Positions 7,311 through 9,188 of a stretch of DNA of 9,188 bases are shown here, piece by piece. How positions within the stretch are numbered: position 1 is the first letter of the stretch; every line of letters starts with the position of its first letter. The translations under genes were made by a program, and so were the position numbers. The notes beneath the pieces are model-generated. The model had not been told where the DNA came from, ran no database searches, and saw only the letters and a program-made list of their open reading frames with translations. Source of the stretch: Candidatus Calditenuis sp. (GTDB lineage Archaea; Thermoproteota; Nitrososphaeria_A; Caldarchaeales; Calditenuaceae); the NCBI GenBank assembly GCA_032249575.1, contig JAVVHL010000049.1, positions 1-9,188 of the forward strand, given 5' to 3'.

Positions 7311-8258
7311 TCAGCCCTTGAGCTCGAGCCCTGTCAGCTCAATATACCTGCTCAGGGAAGCGAGGTGCTCCTCCGACGTCTTCCTTTCCCAGCCCACGAA
7401 GATCGCCGAGACGAGCCTCCTCATCAGCTCAGCCCTTTCAGGTCCGCCGAGCTCTAGGAAAGCCTGTATCAGGGCCTCCCTCAGCTTCGGGTCCAGGTTC
7501 CTCGAGACGACCAGCGCGTGTGAAGGCAGCGGCCCCTGCCTCTCGATGACCCTTGTGGTCCCCATCGCCTTCTCGTAGAGCTCCTTAGAGACGTCACCGG
7601 CCATCACCGTGACCTCGACTCTCCCCGCCATCAGGGCCTCGTAGCACTGGGCGTACCCGCCGCCGAAGTAGACCTCGGAGAAGAAGTCCTTGGGATCGAC
7701 CGGACCGTCACCCTTCCTGCTCAGCAGGCCCAGCTCGACCATCCGGGCCATCGGTGCGAGGTACCCTGACGACGAGATCGGGCTCGGGAAGCAGGCGCTC
7801 TTGCCCCTCAAGTCCCCGAGGCTCCTGTAGGGCGAGTCGGGCCTGACGATCCAATAGGAGTAGTAGAAGGTGCCCTCGACGTACCTGTCGTCGACGTAGA
7901 CCCTCCTGACCTCAGCGAGGACGACCTCGGCGTTCGCGGTCCTCACGGCTATGGCCGCCGGCCACGAACCCATCAGCGCCGCCTGCGCTGTTCCGAACCT
8001 CAGGGCCTCTATCACGGCCGCATAGCTCGTGGGCACGTAGACCTCGACCTCGACGCCCAGCTTGTTGGCGAGGTATTCCTTGAGCTCCTGCGCCCTCTCA
8101 AGGATCTGGGCAGGGTTCTGCGTCGGCTGTATCGCTAGGACCAGCTTCTGCTTCGGCTGGAAGAACGTCCCTCCCAGAACGAAGAGCGCCAGGGAGAACG
8201 ACGCTGCTGCAACGAGCACGACCGCGAGAACCGCTATCCAGCGCGACCGCAGCGCCAT
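7311..8258 (-). CDS. phnD: PhnD/PtxB-family periplasmic-type substrate-binding protein (phosphonate/phosphite-like ligand), membrane-anchored
   Basis: The 315-aa ORF has an N-terminal hydrophobic anchor (WIAVLAVVLVAAASFSLALFVLGG). It shows the family pattern 'LVLAIQPTQNP...LKEYLANKLGVEVEVYVPTSYAAVIEALRFGTAQAALMG' and the anion-binding-loop-like 'LRGKSACFPSPISSSGYLAP'. The ATG is at 8256-8258. Ligand specificity cannot be read by eye. Confidence 0.8.
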   Translation of the reverse strand: MALRSRWIAVLAVVLVAAASFSLALFVLGGTFFQPKQKLVLAIQPTQNPAQILERAQELKEYLANKLGVEVEVYVPTSYAAVIEALRFGTAQAALMGSWPAAIAVRTANAEVVLAEVRRVYVDDRYVEGTFYYSYWIVRPDSPYRSLGDLRGKSACFPSPISSSGYLAPMARMVELGLLSRKGDGPVDPKDFFSEVYFGGGYAQCYEALMAGRVEVTVMAGDVSKELYEKAMGTTRVIERQGPLPSHALVVSRNLDPKLREALIQAFLELGGPERAELMRRLVSAIFVGWERKTSEEHLASLSRYIELTGLELKG

Positions 8259-8280
8259 CTCGTCTTATGTCATAACGGCG

Positions 8281-8290
8281 TTATTATTAA
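8281..8290 (-). promoter_or_regulatory. TATA-box-like element for the phnD-phnC-phnE(-amidase) transcription unit; implies a leaderless or near-leaderless mRNA
   Basis: On the coding strand the sequence is CAAGTTAATAATAACG. This is a 10-nt pure A/T run in an otherwise GC-rich region. It is centred about 27 nt upstream of the phnD ATG (8258), the spacing expected between an archaeal TATA box and the transcription start. Confidence 0.45.
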
Positions 8291-8312
8291 CTTGACAGGG
8301 TTGAAACGGGGC

Positions 8313-8327
8313 TTTTACGCAGTAAAA
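8313..8327. promoter_or_regulatory. AT-rich perfect palindrome TTTTAC-GCA-GTAAAA between the phnD promoter and the tRNA
   Basis: TTTTAC at 8313-8318 is the reverse complement of GTAAAA at 8322-8327. Each half is TATA-like on one strand. The element could be a factor-binding site or a bidirectional promoter element. Confidence 0.35.
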
Positions 8328-8437
8328 TCCACAGAGTGGGGGTTGCGGAGGGAACAAGCAGCAGTGGTCGCCGGAACCGTCGCAACAGGTCGGGAATGGT
8401 GATTAAGAGGAAGAGGACTCTGCAGGCTGAGGTTGAA

Positions 8438-8526
8438 GCCCCGGTAGCTCAGGCTGGTAGAGCACCGGCCCGGTATGGGGCTTCCCTGAAAGCCGGGGGT
8501 CGCGGGTTCAAGTCCCGCCCGGGGCT
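8438..8526 (+). tRNA. Intron-containing archaeal tRNA, best read as tRNA-Thr (anticodon GGT), no encoded CCA
   Basis: The cloverleaf was traced by hand. Acceptor stem is GCCCCGG (8438-8444) paired with CCGGGGC (8519-8525), with discriminator T8526. D arm is GCTC/AGGCTGGTA/GAGC (8447-8463). Anticodon stem is CCGGC (8465-8469) paired with GCCGG (8492-8496). Variable loop is GGGTC. T arm is GCGGG-TTCAAGT-CCCGC (8502-8518). There are 22 nt between the anticodon stem strands, which equals a 7-nt loop plus a 15-nt intron. A canonical 37/38 intron gives the loop C-C-GGT-A-A. G1-C72, C2-G71 and U73 fit an archaeal Thr tRNA. Confidence 0.85.
8476..8490 (+). other. Predicted 15-nt tRNA intron (canonical 37/38 position) within a relaxed bulge-helix-bulge fold
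   Basis: The hand fold is as follows. Outer helix is 8465-8469/8492-8496. The 3' bulge is A8489 A8490 A8491. The central helix is C8470:G8488, C8471/T8487 mismatch, G8472:C8486, G8473:C8485. The 5' bulge is T8474 A8475 T8476. A short inner stem G8477:C8484, G8478-T8483 closes a GGCT loop. Exact cut sites are inferred from the BHB rule as I remember it. Confidence 0.6.
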
Positions 8527-8551
8527 GGATTCTGAAAGGCTCCGAAAAGCG

Positions 8552-8559
8552 AATTATAG
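8552..8559 (+). promoter_or_regulatory. BRE/TATA-like element upstream of the M19 dipeptidase gene
   Basis: The sequence is CGAAAAGCGAATTATAGC, a purine-rich stretch followed by AATTATAG. It is centred about 17 nt before ATG 8573 and about 26 nt before GTG 8582. The spacing fits a leaderless transcript starting at the GTG. Confidence 0.35.
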
Positions 8560-8572
8560 CAACCTATGCTCG

Positions 8573-9188
8573 ATGAGAAGTGTGAACCCGCCTCTGATCG
8601 ACCTCCATGAGGACATATCGCTCTACTACGTGACGCAGGGAGCTGGATTGAGGTTCGGCGTGGCCGATTTCGGCGTCGACCTGGAAGGGAGGCACTGCGA
8701 CCTGCCGAAGTACGAGAGGAGCAACGCGAGGCTCGTCTTCGGTGCCATCGCACCGCTTACGCCCACCATCAGCCCCGAGAGGGTCGAAAAGTTGGCGAGG
8801 TCCTACGGCAGCCCCTTCGGCGGATACAGGGTGAGGGCACCACTCCTGCTGGCGCTGGAGCACTTCAACGTCTACCGGAACCTCTTCAGGAGGCACGCCG
8901 CTAGGCTCTTCCCCGTCAGGACGATGTGGGACCTCGAGAGGGTCGAGAGGGGTCAGGGGACCGGTCTGCTGATGGCGCTGGAGGGCGCGGAGGCGCTCGA
9001 GGACCTGGAGGACCTTGAGCTCCTCTACGACCTCGGCCTCAGATCCCTTCAGCTGACCTGGAACTTCGACAACAGGTACGGAGCCTCCTGCATGTCGAGG
9101 AAGGACTACGGCCTCACCGGCGACGGAGAGGAACTGATAGCGCTCTGCAACAGGCTCGGCGTCATAGTCGATCTGGCCCACGCGAGCA
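8573..9188 (+). CDS. Membrane dipeptidase (peptidase family M19, renal-dipeptidase-like), 5' partial; runs off the window end
   Basis: This gene is not in the supplied ORF track, so I translated it by hand. The frame is open with no stop from 8573 to the window end. The product reads MRSVNPPLIDLHEDISLYY... with the metal-binding HxD motif, then 'LLMALEGAEALEDLEDLELLYDLGLRSLQLTWNFDNRYG' and 'GLTGDGEELIALCNRLGVIVDLAHAS', which closely resemble the M19 motifs (DGHNDL / GVEGGH...LG.RYLTLTH..N / GL..FG..V..ELNRLGVLIDLAHVS). The start is either ATG 8573 or GTG 8582. The antisense 205-aa ORF 8564-9181 is its shadow. Confidence 0.8.
   Translation, partial: MRSVNPPLIDLHEDISLYYVTQGAGLRFGVADFGVDLEGRHCDLPKYERSNARLVFGAIAPLTPTISPERVEKLARSYGSPFGGYRVRAPLLLALEHFNVYRNLFRRHAARLFPVRTMWDLERVERGQGTGLLMALEGAEALEDLEDLELLYDLGLRSLQLTWNFDNRYGASCMSRKDYGLTGDGEELIALCNRLGVIVDLAHAS

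Noticed and set aside
3605-7578. Remaining alternative-frame ORFs: 3605-4216, 3718-4074, 3868-4500, 4518-5000, 4834-5343, 5340-5837, 5347-5538, 5434-5766, 5563-5751, 5778-5966, 6161-6670, 6294-6506, 6558-6746, 6628-7068, 6743-7096, 7318-7578 and 8062-8295.
   Set aside because: Each lies inside or antisense to a gene with strong family motifs (sucD, amidase, phnE/C/D). Their translations are biased (R/P/S-rich) and have no recognisable domains. I saw no evidence for genuine overlapping genes.
8300-8437. A CRISPR repeat, C/D-box or H/ACA sRNA in the tRNA-upstream spacer. The cues were a 'GTTGAAAC...' opening, CTGA at 8427-8430, GGTGATTA at 8398-8405 and ACA after the hairpin.
   Set aside because: Only a 7-nt motif is repeated, so there is no repeat-spacer periodicity. 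There is no RUGAUGA C box on either strand. The GGTGATTA-to-CTGA distance (about 30 nt) is too short for a C/D sRNA. The 45-nt hairpin is too small and lacks an obvious K-turn or pseudouridylation pocket for an H/ACA RNA.
8464-8496. An alternative tRNA reading as Pro-GGG. The anticodon stem would be CCGGT (8470-8474) paired with GCCGG (8492-8496). The loop would be A-U-GGG-G-A with a 10-nt intron (8481-8490), which restores U33 and G37.
   Set aside because: It leaves 6 nt (8464-8469) between the D stem and the anticodon stem where a single nucleotide 26 is expected. The G1-C72/C2-G71/U73 acceptor end looks like Thr, not Pro. It is worth keeping in mind because CCGGC/CCGGT is a 5-nt near-duplication, but it is not a standard cloverleaf.
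8438-8572. The tRNA as an integration hotspot, meaning a genomic island or att site next to the tRNA 3' end.
   Set aside because: There is no integrase or transposase. I found no direct repeat of the tRNA 3' half elsewhere in the window, and no compositional shift is visible on either side.
8508-9181. Minus-strand ORFs 8564-9181 (205 aa) and 8508-8753 (81 aa).
   Set aside because: They are antisense shadows of the M19 dipeptidase frame. ORF 8508-8753 would also run into the 3' end of the tRNA gene.

Overview
GC-rich archaeal chromosomal segment. Archaeal origin is supported by a tRNA gene with a bulge-helix-bulge-type intron and no encoded CCA, heavy AGG/AGA arginine codon use, and AT-rich TATA-like boxes about 25-30 nt upstream of the first genes of transcription units. 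I support 10 coding regions and 1 tRNA. On the minus strand: a DUF1634-like small membrane protein, a TSUP/TauE-family permease and a full-length stand-alone NuoL-type antiporter-like subunit. On the plus strand: an orphan succinyl-CoA synthetase alpha subunit (sucD, TTG start). On the minus strand again: an amidase-signature amidase that convergently overlaps sucD, preceded by a tightly coupled PhnD-PhnC-PhnE-type ABC importer. On the plus strand: an intron-containing tRNA (best read as Thr-GGU) and the 5' part of an M19 membrane-dipeptidase-family gene that the ORF track missed because it runs off the window. I see no CRISPR array, transposase, integrase, toxin-antitoxin pair or recognisable defence module. 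Most extra ORFs in the track are arginine/proline-rich alternative-frame artefacts of high GC. The window therefore looks largely ordinary. The leads most worth a second look are: (i) the tRNA, whose predicted mature anticodon loop carries C rather than the near-universal U at position 33; (ii) the nuoL-like gene detached from any nuo/mrp context and co-oriented with TSUP+DUF1634; (iii) a Phn-type importer whose only same-strand partner is an amidase, with no C-P-cleaving or phosphite-oxidising gene; (iv) a roughly 180-nt non-coding stretch with an AT palindrome and a hairpin upstream of the tRNA. All functional calls rest on motif recognition by eye, and no database search was run.
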